Origin: Flavobacteriales bacterium
GTDB taxonomy: Bacteria; Bacteroidota; Bacteroidia; UBA10329
Direction of reading: 5' to 3'
NCBI GenBank assembly: GCA_021739625.1
Contig: JAIPBJ010000004.1
Coordinates: forward strand, 1,335 to 65,334
DNA: 64,000 nucleotides
Below, in pieces: positions 50,634 to 60,225 of the stretch. The translations under genes were made by a program, and so were the position numbers. The notes under the pieces were generated by a model that saw nothing but the letters and a program-made list of their open reading frames with translations, was not told where the DNA came from and made no database searches. Numbering within the stretch: position 1 is the first letter of the stretch; every line of letters starts with the position of its first letter.

Positions 50634-53264
50634 TCACCTCCTCCCACCCGTCAGCACCTTCTTTATCCCGTGCAGTTTCATCAGTGCTTCCACAGGCGTG
50701 AGGGTGTCGATGTCGGTCTTCAGGATCTCCTCGCGCACCTGTTCCAGCACGGGGTCGTCCAGTTGGAAGAAGCTGAGTTGGAGGCCATCATCCGCAGGCT
50801 TGGATTTTTTCCCACCTGGAGATGCGCCAGTGGGCTTCTCCTCGCGCGATGCCTCCAAAGCAGACAGTATCTCGTTGGCGCGCTGCACCACGAGGGCGGG
50901 CATCCCAGCCATCTTAGCCACATGGATGCCGAAACTGTGGGCAGTTCCACCTGGCTTCAGTTTGCGGAGAAACAGCACTTTGGTTCCCAATTCCTTGACT
51001 TCCACATGGAAATTCCTTACACGGGGAAATCGGCCCTCCAGGTCGTTCAGCTCGTGATAGTGCGTGGCGAAGAGCACGTTGGGCCGTGCGCGGTTGCCCT
51101 CGTGCAGATACTCCACAATGGCCATCGCTATGCTGATGCCATCGTAGGTGCTGGTGCCGCGCCCTATCTCATCGAGGATGATGAGACTCTGAGATGTCAT
51201 GTTGTTGAGGATGCTGGCCGTCTCGTTCATCTCCACCATGAAGGTGCTCTCGCCCTGCGCGAGATTATCGCTGGCGCCCACGCGGCTGAACACCTTGTCC
51301 ACGATGCCCAGCGCGGCACCTTTGGCAGGCACGAAGCACCCCGCCTGTGCCATAATTGTGATGAGGGCTGTCTGCCTCAGTAGTGCGCTCTTGCCGCTCA
51401 TGTTCGGCCCAGTGATAATAAGCACCTGCTGTTTTTCGTTGTCAAGGAGGACATCGTTGGCCACGTACTCCTCACCGATGGGCAGCGATTGCTCGATGAC
51501 GGGGTGGCGGCCGTCCTGGATCTGGATGGAACTGCCGTCCACGAATCGAGGGCGGGTGTATTGGTTGACCTCGCTCGTCTGTGCGAAACTCAGCAGGCAG
51601 TCGAGCTGCGCGATGATGGCCGCATCCTGCTGTATGGCGGGGATACTTTCGGTCAGGTCGAGCACAAGCTGCTGATACATCTCCGACTCCAGCCGAAGCA
51701 CCTTCTCCTCCGCACCGAGAATCTTCTCCTCCAGATCCTTCAATTCCGGTGTGATGTAACGCTCTTGATTCACCAGTGTCTGCTTACGAATCCACTCTTG
51801 TGGCACCTTATCGCGGTGGGTGTTCGTTACTTCGAGGTAATAGCCAAACACGTTGTTGAACCCGATCTTCAGGCTGGAAATGCCCGTGGCCTCAGCCTCG
51901 CGGTGCTGAACAGCGGCCAGTTTGTCCTTGCCGTGGTATGCCAGTTCGCGCAGCCCGTCCAGTTCTTCCGAGAGGCCATCTCGCATCACCCCGCCCTTGC
52001 TTACCACAGCGGGCGCATCTTCGCTGATGCCGTTGGTGATTTTCTCCAAAGCAGAGCCGACAGGATGGATGCGGTCGGCCATTTCGTGCAACGGCTCGCA
52101 GCCTAGAGCTGTCAGCGATTCCTTAATGGCGGGAAGGCGTTGCAGGGCACGTTTCAGTTGCAGCAGTTCACGCGGGTTCACACGGGAGGTGGAGATCTTC
52201 GAGGCCAAACGCTCCAGATCGCCTGTCTCGTTGAGGGCGGAGAGTAGGGTATTTCTAGCCTCTTCAGATGATAGTAGTGCCTCCAATGCCTCCAATCTTT
52301 TTTCGATGAGATGTTTCTCCTTCAATGGAAGAGCCAGCCAACGTTTCATCATTCGTGCGCCCATCGGGGTCACGGTCTGGTCGAGGATGGAGAGCAGGCT
52401 CTTGCCATCGGGATGGGCGGGATGCAATATCTCAAGATTGCGCATTGTGAAGCCATCGACCCACATATAGCGGTCGGGTTCGATGCGTGAGATGGCGGAA
52501 ATGTGAGCCGTACGGCTGTGCTCAGTGTCGCTGAGGTACTGTACTGCTGCGCCTGCTGCGATGATACCGTGATTCAGGTGCTCCACTCCGAAGCCCTTGA
52601 GGTTGCGCGTGCCGAAATGGCGATTCAGTGTCTCTTCCGCAAACTGTGCGGAGAAGGCCCAATCCTCCATGGTGAAAGTGCAATTTCCCTCACCAAAGAC
52701 TTCGTGGAATCGACCTCGAAAGCTTTTGCGGAACACGAACTCGCTTGGCGAGAAGTTCTGCACCAGCTTTTGGGCGTAGGCCACACCGCCCTCGGCCACA
52801 AGGAATTCACCAGTACTGATATCGAGGAACGCGAGGCCGATGCCATCGCCATCGAAATGGACGCTGCACAGGAAATTGTTGCTGCGCTGCTCCAACACGT
52901 TATCGTTCATGCTCAGGCCAGGGGTTACCAGCTCGGTCACCCCGCGTTTCACAATGCCTTTCACCATTCTGGGATCCTCCAACTGGTCGCAGACCGCTAC
53001 ACGGAATCCGGCTCTCACTAGCTTTGGCAGATAGGATTCGAGAGAATGATACGGGAACCCGGCCAGTTCGATATGCGAAGCAGCACCGTTGGCCCGCTTG
53101 GTGAGCACGATGCCCAGCACCTTCGATGCCCTTACCGCATCCTGCCCGAAGGTCTCGTAAAAGTCACCAACACGGAAAAGCAGAATTGCATCAGGGTACT
53201 TACCCTTGATGGCATTGAATTGCTTCATCAATGGAGTTTCCGACTCTTTTGCTGCTTTGGCCAA
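50634..53264 (-). CDS. mutS: DNA mismatch repair protein MutS
   Basis: 876 aa; Walker A GPNMSGKS, DEIGRGTSTYDG, and the N-terminal mismatch-binding block. Confidence 0.95.
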   Translation of the reverse strand: MAKAAKESETPLMKQFNAIKGKYPDAILLFRVGDFYETFGQDAVRASKVLGIVLTKRANGAASHIELAGFPYHSLESYLPKLVRAGFRVAVCDQLEDPRMVKGIVKRGVTELVTPGLSMNDNVLEQRSNNFLCSVHFDGDGIGLAFLDISTGEFLVAEGGVAYAQKLVQNFSPSEFVFRKSFRGRFHEVFGEGNCTFTMEDWAFSAQFAEETLNRHFGTRNLKGFGVEHLNHGIIAAGAAVQYLSDTEHSRTAHISAISRIEPDRYMWVDGFTMRNLEILHPAHPDGKSLLSILDQTVTPMGARMMKRWLALPLKEKHLIEKRLEALEALLSSEEARNTLLSALNETGDLERLASKISTSRVNPRELLQLKRALQRLPAIKESLTALGCEPLHEMADRIHPVGSALEKITNGISEDAPAVVSKGGVMRDGLSEELDGLRELAYHGKDKLAAVQHREAEATGISSLKIGFNNVFGYYLEVTNTHRDKVPQEWIRKQTLVNQERYITPELKDLEEKILGAEEKVLRLESEMYQQLVLDLTESIPAIQQDAAIIAQLDCLLSFAQTSEVNQYTRPRFVDGSSIQIQDGRHPVIEQSLPIGEEYVANDVLLDNEKQQVLIITGPNMSGKSALLRQTALITIMAQAGCFVPAKGAALGIVDKVFSRVGASDNLAQGESTFMVEMNETASILNNMTSQSLIILDEIGRGTSTYDGISIAMAIVEYLHEGNRARPNVLFATHYHELNDLEGRFPRVRNFHVEVKELGTKVLFLRKLKPGGTAHSFGIHVAKMAGMPALVVQRANEILSALEASREEKPTGASPGGKKSKPADDGLQLSFFQLDDPVLEQVREEILKTDIDTLTPVEALMKLHGIKKVLTGGRR

Positions 53265-53285
53265 GGGGATGGGTAATTTTGAGGG

Positions 53286-53852
53286 GTGGCTAAGGTAACT
53301 GTGTCAGAAGGAATGGAGAGGGGCAAGAAGTTGCGGATGGACGAATTGGGACGGCCTTCAAAAGAGGGGTTTGCCAGTTCTGAGCGTTTGCCTGTAACTG
53401 TGGTGCTTGACAATGTGCGAAGCCTTCACAACGTGGGTTCCATTTTCCGCACAGCCGATGCTTTTGCCATAGAGTCGATCCATCTCTGCGGCATCACCGC
53501 TACCCCCCCCAATCGAGAAATCAACAAGACAGCACTCGGTGCTACTGAGACTGTTCCGTGGATTTACTGGGAGCATACATTGCAGGCCATAGTTCATCTG
53601 AAGTCACTGGGCTATGTGATCGTAGCCGCGGAACAGGTGGCTGGAAGCACTTCGCTTCACGATTTCATTCCTTCTGAGGAAAGAAAATACGTAGTGGTCT
53701 TTGGGCATGAGGTTCATGGTGTGGCGCAGGACATTCTTGATCAGTGCCATCATTTCGTGGAAATCCCTCAGTTGGGAACAAAGCATTCGCTCAATGTTTC
53801 TGTGAGTGCAGGCATCGTACTTTGGGAATTACTGCGCAGATTGCGCTTCTGA
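53286..53852 (+). CDS. TrmH/SpoU family RNA 2'-O-methyltransferase
   Basis: SPOUT motifs NVGSIFRTADAF ... VVFGHEVHGV ... IPQLGTKHSLNVSVSAGIVLWE. The start is uncertain. Confidence 0.75.
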   Translation: MAKVTVSEGMERGKKLRMDELGRPSKEGFASSERLPVTVVLDNVRSLHNVGSIFRTADAFAIESIHLCGITATPPNREINKTALGATETVPWIYWEHTLQAIVHLKSLGYVIVAAEQVAGSTSLHDFIPSEERKYVVVFGHEVHGVAQDILDQCHHFVEIPQLGTKHSLNVSVSAGIVLWELLRRLRF

Positions 53853-53894
53853 CCCGAAGAGTACAGAGTTGCCGTATTTGGGCTTTACTCCAAC

Positions 53895-53930
53895 AAAAAA
53901 GCCGCCCCGGAAATCGGAGCGGCTTTTCTA
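53895..53930. terminator. Bidirectional rho-independent terminator between convergent genes
   Basis: aaaaaAGCCGCcccggaaatcggagCGGCTtttct: a GC stem flanked by an A-run and a T-run. Confidence 0.6.
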
Positions 53931-53945
53931 TTTCAAGGAGTCAGA

Positions 53946-55469
53946 TTATTGAACTACGAAGTCAACCCTTCTGTTCACGTTGAGTGCATCGTCTGTCTGA
54001 GACAGGGGCTTGGAGAAGCCTTCACTCACAACTGTGAGGCGACCGGCATCGATACCATACACTTTTACGAGATGGTCAACTGCTGCCTGAGCGCGTTTCT
54101 CAGCAAGTGATTTGTTGTAGTCCTCAGCACCGGTCTTGTCTGCATGACCTACAACATTGACTTTCACGCCTGAGTTTGTTTTGAGAACCTTGGCCACTTC
54201 AGCCAGCTTATCATAGCTGCTCCAGTAGTCGATGCGCGAGCTGTTGACCTTGAAGTAAATGGATAGCAGAGTGCCACCGCTTGCAACAGTCGATTTTGAT
54301 TCGCCATCCTTAGCTTTCAGGTCAATCGTCTTGCCTTGGAAGTTCACCAAGTTGCCAGCAGGTGTGTTGGGCTCAAGGTCTTGGCTGTCAGCTACCCCGT
54401 CAGCGTCAGAGTCAAGTTCACGACCAGATTCGTCCACGCGGGCACCTTTGGAAGTGAACGGATCTGAATCGAGATAGTCAGGCACACCGTCACCGTCTGT
54501 ATCCAGTGCACGTCCGCTACCATCTACGGCCAAATCGGCAGGGGTGCTAGGCTCTTTATCAAAGAGGTCAGATACACCGTCACCATCGCTGTCCACGGCC
54601 AGACCTTCAAGATTGGTCTCGATATCGTCAAGTTTCTTGTTCAGGGACTGGAAAGGATTGACCCATTCTTCGCTGGTCTTGTTCTTGCCGAATTTGAATG
54701 CAAGGAACATGGATGCGTAGCTGTAACTGTCATTGACACCAGTGTTACCCACAGTGGCATCCAACTTGTCGCTGAAAGTGAAACGGTGCGTGTACTCAAG
54801 ACCCAGATCGAATCTCCGTGAAAGACGGAATTTGACTCCAATTCCCAGCGGGAATATGGTTTCAGTAGTTCTGTTCTTGTGATTCTCCGTTCCCTGATTG
54901 ATATATCCAACGCTGTTCACGAACTCATCGTTATACAGACCTGTTTTCAGCGAGCGGAAGGAGATGAAGCCGATGCCACCTGTCAGGTAGGATGTCACCC
55001 TACGTTCTTTCGTACGGTCAGAATATAGGAGATTGACCCAGTTGAAGGTGAAGTTCAACGTGTAGTCAATAAAGTGATTCTTGAATTTGACGTTGGTGAA
55101 CTGCGTTGGAGGAATGCTGGAATTGCCGGCAGGAGAATTGACAGCAAGACGCCTTACACCGCCCAGCGTACCACCCATCACGTTGATGTTGGCCCCGAAA
55201 ACAGGTGAAATCTGGTAGGCCACGTACCCGCCACCCGCGAAATTCCAGCGCTCTTCAGCATTGTCAGTCAACCACCAGTCGTACTGACGGACATCACCAT
55301 AAAAAATGGTGTGACCACCGTGACCTCCAATTGAGAACTTGTTGAACTTGACCTTGCCGCTTTTCTGCTTGGCCTCTTTCTCCTGTTTCTTGGCCTCTTT
55401 TTTATCCTGACCAAAGGATGGAGCACCAAGAAACGCAAGTGCGGTAATTAAGAGTAGTCCCTTTTTCAT
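53946..55469 (-). CDS. OmpA family outer-membrane protein with thrombospondin type 3 repeats
   Basis: Signal peptide, N-terminal barrel, DxDxDG repeats (DSDGDGVSD, DTDGDGVPD, DSDADGVAD), and a C-terminal OmpA domain. Confidence 0.85.
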   Translation of the reverse strand: MKKGLLLITALAFLGAPSFGQDKKEAKKQEKEAKQKSGKVKFNKFSIGGHGGHTIFYGDVRQYDWWLTDNAEERWNFAGGGYVAYQISPVFGANINVMGGTLGGVRRLAVNSPAGNSSIPPTQFTNVKFKNHFIDYTLNFTFNWVNLLYSDRTKERRVTSYLTGGIGFISFRSLKTGLYNDEFVNSVGYINQGTENHKNRTTETIFPLGIGVKFRLSRRFDLGLEYTHRFTFSDKLDATVGNTGVNDSYSYASMFLAFKFGKNKTSEEWVNPFQSLNKKLDDIETNLEGLAVDSDGDGVSDLFDKEPSTPADLAVDGSGRALDTDGDGVPDYLDSDPFTSKGARVDESGRELDSDADGVADSQDLEPNTPAGNLVNFQGKTIDLKAKDGESKSTVASGGTLLSIYFKVNSSRIDYWSSYDKLAEVAKVLKTNSGVKVNVVGHADKTGAEDYNKSLAEKRAQAAVDHLVKVYGIDAGRLTVVSEGFSKPLSQTDDALNVNRRVDFVVQ

Positions 55470-55584
55470 ATCAACTTGGATGATGTTCTTACTTGTTTGA
55501 TTAGATTCAATTCACATTTCGTTCAATGACGAATGCGCTGCAAAAGTAACCAAAGGCATCAATTGGCAAAATGACAAAAAAAAA

Positions 55585-56250
55585 TCATGAATCAATGTTC
55601 AAAGGGTCGATGAAGGTGATTCCCGGACTATGGTGTTTCTGCAAATGCGAGAGGATTCTTGACAGATCCGATTGTGAGGAAACGAAGTCAATTTGTTCTG
55701 TGTCAATGATTAATATCGGTGTTTCGGGCTGTTGCCGGAAGGAGTCAAGATAGCCGGCCGTAATTCTCATGAGATAGGCGATGTCAATCTCCTGCTCAAA
55801 GTCCCGTCCTCGCTTTTGGATGTGGCGCATGGATTTTTCCTCTGAACAATGCAGATAGACAAGCAGGTCTGGTCTGGGAAGGCGACCATGAATGATCTGA
55901 AAGAGGCTTCGGTACAGTTCGAATTCGTCCTCGGGCAGGTTGATAGCAGCGAAGATGAGCGACTTGGCAAAGGAATAGTCAGCCACAACGCACGGTTTGA
56001 AAAGGTCTGTTCGCCCAAGCTCGTTGCGATTCTGGTGATAGCGTTCGGCAAGAAAGCTCAGCTCCAATGCGAATGCGTGCCGCTCTGGATTTTGATAGAA
56101 CTTGGGAAGGAACGGATTGTCGCTGAACTGTTCAAGCATCAGCCTTGCATTCCATTTATCGGCCAGGATCTTGGCCAAGGAGGTCTTGCCCGAGCCGATG
56201 TTGCCCTCAATGACCACGTAATTCCTCTGTACTGTCGAAGCTGTTGTCAT
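55585..56250 (-). CDS. Deoxynucleoside kinase
   Basis: P-loop IEGNIGSGKTS plus the dNK ERS/DRY-like blocks. Confidence 0.85.
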   Translation of the reverse strand: MTTASTVQRNYVVIEGNIGSGKTSLAKILADKWNARLMLEQFSDNPFLPKFYQNPERHAFALELSFLAERYHQNRNELGRTDLFKPCVVADYSFAKSLIFAAINLPEDEFELYRSLFQIIHGRLPRPDLLVYLHCSEEKSMRHIQKRGRDFEQEIDIAYLMRITAGYLDSFRQQPETPILIIDTEQIDFVSSQSDLSRILSHLQKHHSPGITFIDPLNIDS

Positions 56251-56753
56251 GGTGCAGGGAGTTGGTGGACATCACCCGTGTCGCTACATGCATTCAGTAG
56301 TTCCTGATATGTGAGGCCTGTGGTCGGATGAATGGCGCCTCCGGCAATCTCGCACAGCGGCAGCAACGCAAACCTTCGTTGCGCAATTAGGGGGTGCGGC
56401 ACCTTCAGGGTGGCTTCTGTGATTGTGCCACCGTTCCAATGCAGTATGTCGATATCAATCGTACGCGACATGTATCCGGCCAAGGACTCACGTATCCGCC
56501 CAAGCCCTTCTTCAATTTGATGTATGACCATCAACACCTCGATCGGTGACAATTCACTGGATATGATCAGCGCCTGATTGAGAAAGTGATGAGTGGACTG
56601 AAATCCCCAAGGTTCAGATCTGTAAATAGAGGAGGTCGAAGTAACCTTGCCGATCCTATCCTCAATCTCTGTGCCCGCTTCTTTGAGCGTCAACTGGCTG
56701 TTGCCGAGGTTGGATCCGAGCAGCAGGATGTATTCTTGGCGTGTAGCGTTCAA
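56247..56753 (-). CDS. folK: 2-amino-4-hydroxy-6-hydroxymethyldihydropteridine pyrophosphokinase
   Basis: LGSNLGN ... GPRTIDIDIL ... HPR signature. Confidence 0.9.
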   Translation of the reverse strand: MNATRQEYILLLGSNLGNSQLTLKEAGTEIEDRIGKVTSTSSIYRSEPWGFQSTHHFLNQALIISSELSPIEVLMVIHQIEEGLGRIRESLAGYMSRTIDIDILHWNGGTITEATLKVPHPLIAQRRFALLPLCEIAGGAIHPTTGLTYQELLNACSDTGDVHQLPAP

Positions 56754-56864
56754 CGATCCGGGTTATCAGCGAGGCTGCGAATATGGGTTTTAACATTCGA
56801 TAACGGGAAGGATGTCATCAACTTTGGGGCGTGGCTACCTTTGTCGCCCTTAAACCAAGAAAAA

Positions 56865-58631
56865 ATGAGACAATTCTTCAAATTCATGTTTGCCAGCGCA
56901 CTCGGTCTGGTGGTAGGTATCTTCCTGCTGATATTGATCCTTGCCGGCATCGGTGCCTCGCTGGGAAGTAAAGGCGAGGTGACAGTGAAAGAGAATTCTG
57001 TGCTGCACATCACCCTGAATACTGAGATAAAGGAGCGGGGTGTCAACAACCCGTTCGACATCGATCCATCTACTTTCAAACCGAAGAGCAGCCTTGGATT
57101 GAATGAGATTCTTGCAAGCATCGAGAAGGCTGCCACTGATGACCGCATCAAGGGAATCTACCTCGACATGCAGGGGATTGCCACAGGCATGGCCTCGACA
57201 GAGGAGATCCGCAATGCACTGATCAAATTCAAAGAGAGCGGAAAATGGATAGTGAGCTACAGCGAGGTGTACACCCAGAAGGCCTACTATGTGGCCACTG
57301 TGGCCGATGAGATCTGGCTCAATCCCGAAGGACTGGTCGAATGGCGCGGTCTCGGTTCGCAGGTCGTATTTCTGAAGAACATGTTCGAGAAATTGGAACT
57401 GGAACCGCAGATCATCCGCTATGGCAAGTTCAAAAGCGCGGTGGAACCGCTGATGTTGGACAAAATGAGCGATGCCAACCGTCTGCAGACCATGACCTAT
57501 ATGGACGCACTTTGGGATCAGATGCTGATGGGTGTGGCCGCATCGCGTGGAAAGACCGTGGAGGAATTGGATGCCATGGCCCAGAACGCCACCATCCGCA
57601 AGGCCGATCACGCCCTTGATCATGGGCTGGTGGACGCGCTGAGATACAAGGATGAGGTGCTGGCCGACATCCGCGCCCGTCTGTCCATCGAAAAGGAGGA
57701 CGAGAAGATCAATTTCATCGCTATTGGAAGTTACAAGGACGCGGCCAAACCGAAGGACGATGATGCCTCATCATCGCGCGACAGGGTGGCCGTGATCTAT
57801 GCCGTTGGCAGCATCGATACCGGTGAGGGCGATGATGAGAGCATCGGTTCCGAAACCATCTCCGAAGAGATACGCAAGGCCCGTTTGGACGATAAGGTGA
57901 AGGCCATTGTCCTGCGTGTGAACAGCGGTGGTGGCAGTGCCCTCGCATCGGATGTCATCTGGCGCGAGACCGTCCTTGCAAAGGCCGCCAAGCCTTTCGT
58001 GGTCTCTTTCGGTGATGTGGCCGCATCTGGCGGTTACTACATCTCGTGCGCGGCCGACACCATCGTGGCGCAGCCCAACACCATTACCGGTTCCATCGGG
58101 GTGTTCGGAGTGCTGTTCAACGCACAGAAGATGTTGCAGAACAAATTCGGCATCAGTGTCGATACGGTCAAGACCAACCGCTTTGCCGACCTGGGAGGCC
58201 CACTCCGCCCTTTGTCTGACATGGAGCGCGAGATCATTCAGGAGAGCGTCAATGACATCTACTTCGACTTCATCGGCAAGGTGGCCGAAGGCCGTCATAA
58301 GACCTCGGCCGAGGTGGACAGCATCGGGCAGGGCCGGGTGTGGAGCGGAACGGATGCCTTGCGCATCGGTCTGGTCGATGTGCTGGGCGGTCTGGACGAT
58401 GCCGTGAAAATCGCTGCCGGCATGGCCGGCCTGGAGGACTACCGCGTAACCGAGCTTCCCGAGCAGAAGGATCCCATTGAGCAGATGATGGAAGATCTGA
58501 CCGGTGGAGGCAAGGAGGCCCTGCTCAAGGCACGGCTCGGTGAATACTACACTTATATGAAGGACGTGGAATCGCTGATGAACATGAAAGGCGTGCAGGC
58601 GCGGTTGCCTTACAGCATCTACATCGACTGA
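56865..58631 (+). CDS. sppA: Signal peptide peptidase SppA (67K type)
   Basis: Start MRQFFKF with an N-terminal TM helix, duplicated ClpP-like halves, and the catalytic Ser in FGDVAASGGYY. Confidence 0.9.
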   Translation: MRQFFKFMFASALGLVVGIFLLILILAGIGASLGSKGEVTVKENSVLHITLNTEIKERGVNNPFDIDPSTFKPKSSLGLNEILASIEKAATDDRIKGIYLDMQGIATGMASTEEIRNALIKFKESGKWIVSYSEVYTQKAYYVATVADEIWLNPEGLVEWRGLGSQVVFLKNMFEKLELEPQIIRYGKFKSAVEPLMLDKMSDANRLQTMTYMDALWDQMLMGVAASRGKTVEELDAMAQNATIRKADHALDHGLVDALRYKDEVLADIRARLSIEKEDEKINFIAIGSYKDAAKPKDDDASSSRDRVAVIYAVGSIDTGEGDDESIGSETISEEIRKARLDDKVKAIVLRVNSGGGSALASDVIWRETVLAKAAKPFVVSFGDVAASGGYYISCAADTIVAQPNTITGSIGVFGVLFNAQKMLQNKFGISVDTVKTNRFADLGGPLRPLSDMEREIIQESVNDIYFDFIGKVAEGRHKTSAEVDSIGQGRVWSGTDALRIGLVDVLGGLDDAVKIAAGMAGLEDYRVTELPEQKDPIEQMMEDLTGGGKEALLKARLGEYYTYMKDVESLMNMKGVQARLPYSIYID

Positions 58632-58653
58632 CCCTGTCATCATTTTGTGAAGA

Positions 58654-58688
58654 ACCCCGTGCGGCCATGGTCGGACGGGGTTTTTCGT
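58654..58688 (+). terminator. Rho-independent terminator after sppA
   Basis: CCCCGTgcggccatggtcggACGGGG followed by TTTTTCGTTT. Confidence 0.6.
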
Positions 58689-58692
58689 TTAC

Positions 58693-60225
58693 TTGCGTGA
58701 ACTATTCGCAAAGGCAATGTTCAATGGTGTGGTCACTTGGCTGATGAAGAAGCGCAAGCATCAGCGCGAACTTTTTCTCAACTATCCTTTCGATGTGCAG
58801 GCCGATGTGCTGAGGAATCTTGTGGACAGGGCTGCCGACTCCGAGTTCGGTCGGAGACACGGATTCTCTTCCATCGGAACAAAAAATGAATTCAGACAGC
58901 ACGTGCCCTTGCAGGACTATGACTCGCTCAAGCCATACATAGACCGCCACCGCAAGGGCGAGCCGAATGTGCTCTGGCCCTCGCCCATCCGCTGGTTCGC
59001 CAAGTCGAGCGGCACAACCAGCGACCGCAGCAAGTTCATCCCCGTGAGTCAGGAGGCCCTCGAAGACTGCCACTTCAAGGGAGGAAAGGACATGCTGAGC
59101 ATCTACTGTCAGAATTTCCCGGAAACGAAGATCTTCTCTGGCAAAGGACTTTCCATCGGGGGCAGCCACCGTGTGGACGAATCGAATGCCGAGGTGTTCT
59201 ATGGCGACCTTTCGGCAGTGCTGCTTCAGAACCTCCCGCTGTGGACTGAGCTTTATCGCACCCCCCGGCTCGAAGTGGCCCTCATGGACGAATGGGAGGC
59301 CAAGCTCGATGAGATGGTGCGCATAACCCTGCAGCAGGACATCACCAACATTCAAGGCGTGCCATCATGGACGCTCGTGCTCTTGAACAAGGTGCTGGAG
59401 GTGTCCGGAAAGAAGAACATCCGCGAGGTCTGGCCCAATCTGGAGGTGTTCTTTCACGGGGCGGTCAGTTTTCTTCCTTATAGAAAGCAGTTCGAGGCCA
59501 TGATCGGCAGTCCGGGCATCAACTATATGGAGACCTACAACGCTTCGGAGGGATTCTTCGCCATGCAGGACCGCCCCGCATCGGACGACATGCTCCTGAT
59601 GCTGGACTATGGCATCTACTACGAGTTCATCCCCATGGACGAATGGGACAGCCCCGAACCGCGCACCCTGCTGCTCGAAGAGGTGGAAATGGGCCCCAAC
59701 TATGCGGTGGTCATCAGCACCAATGCAGGGCTGTGGCGATACCGCATTGGCGACACGGTCATGTTCACCTCCCTGCGTCCGCACCGCATCCACATCACCG
59801 GGCGCACCAGGCATTTCATCAATGCCTTCGGAGAGGAGGTCATCATCGACAATGCCGAACACGCATTGCAGACGGCCTGCGACCGCACCGGGGCACTCAT
59901 CCGCGAATACACCGCAGGGCCCCTCTATCTCGATGGCAACGCCAAGGGCCGCCACGAATGGCTCATAGAGTTCGCCAAGTTGCCGGACGAGATGGACTGT
60001 TTCACCGACACGCTGGACACGGCCCTCAGGTCCATCAACTCAGACTATGATGCCAAGCGCTATCGCGACATGGTGCTCGAACGTCCGCTGGTGCGCAGCC
60101 TCCCCAAGGGCACCTTCTACAACTGGCTTAGAAGCAAGGGCAAACTGGGCGGGCAGCACAAGGTGCCGCGGCTCAGCAATGACAGGAGGTATCTGGATGA
60201 GATCGGTACGAGGTCCGCTCAATGA
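58693..60225 (+). CDS. GH3 family (auxin-responsive-promoter-like) adenylating enzyme homolog
   Basis: FAKSSGTTSDRSKFIP and YNASEGF blocks typical of GH3/ANL proteins. The start may be the internal Met. Confidence 0.75.
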   Translation: MRELFAKAMFNGVVTWLMKKRKHQRELFLNYPFDVQADVLRNLVDRAADSEFGRRHGFSSIGTKNEFRQHVPLQDYDSLKPYIDRHRKGEPNVLWPSPIRWFAKSSGTTSDRSKFIPVSQEALEDCHFKGGKDMLSIYCQNFPETKIFSGKGLSIGGSHRVDESNAEVFYGDLSAVLLQNLPLWTELYRTPRLEVALMDEWEAKLDEMVRITLQQDITNIQGVPSWTLVLLNKVLEVSGKKNIREVWPNLEVFFHGAVSFLPYRKQFEAMIGSPGINYMETYNASEGFFAMQDRPASDDMLLMLDYGIYYEFIPMDEWDSPEPRTLLLEEVEMGPNYAVVISTNAGLWRYRIGDTVMFTSLRPHRIHITGRTRHFINAFGEEVIIDNAEHALQTACDRTGALIREYTAGPLYLDGNAKGRHEWLIEFAKLPDEMDCFTDTLDTALRSINSDYDAKRYRDMVLERPLVRSLPKGTFYNWLRSKGKLGGQHKVPRLSNDRRYLDEIGTRSAQ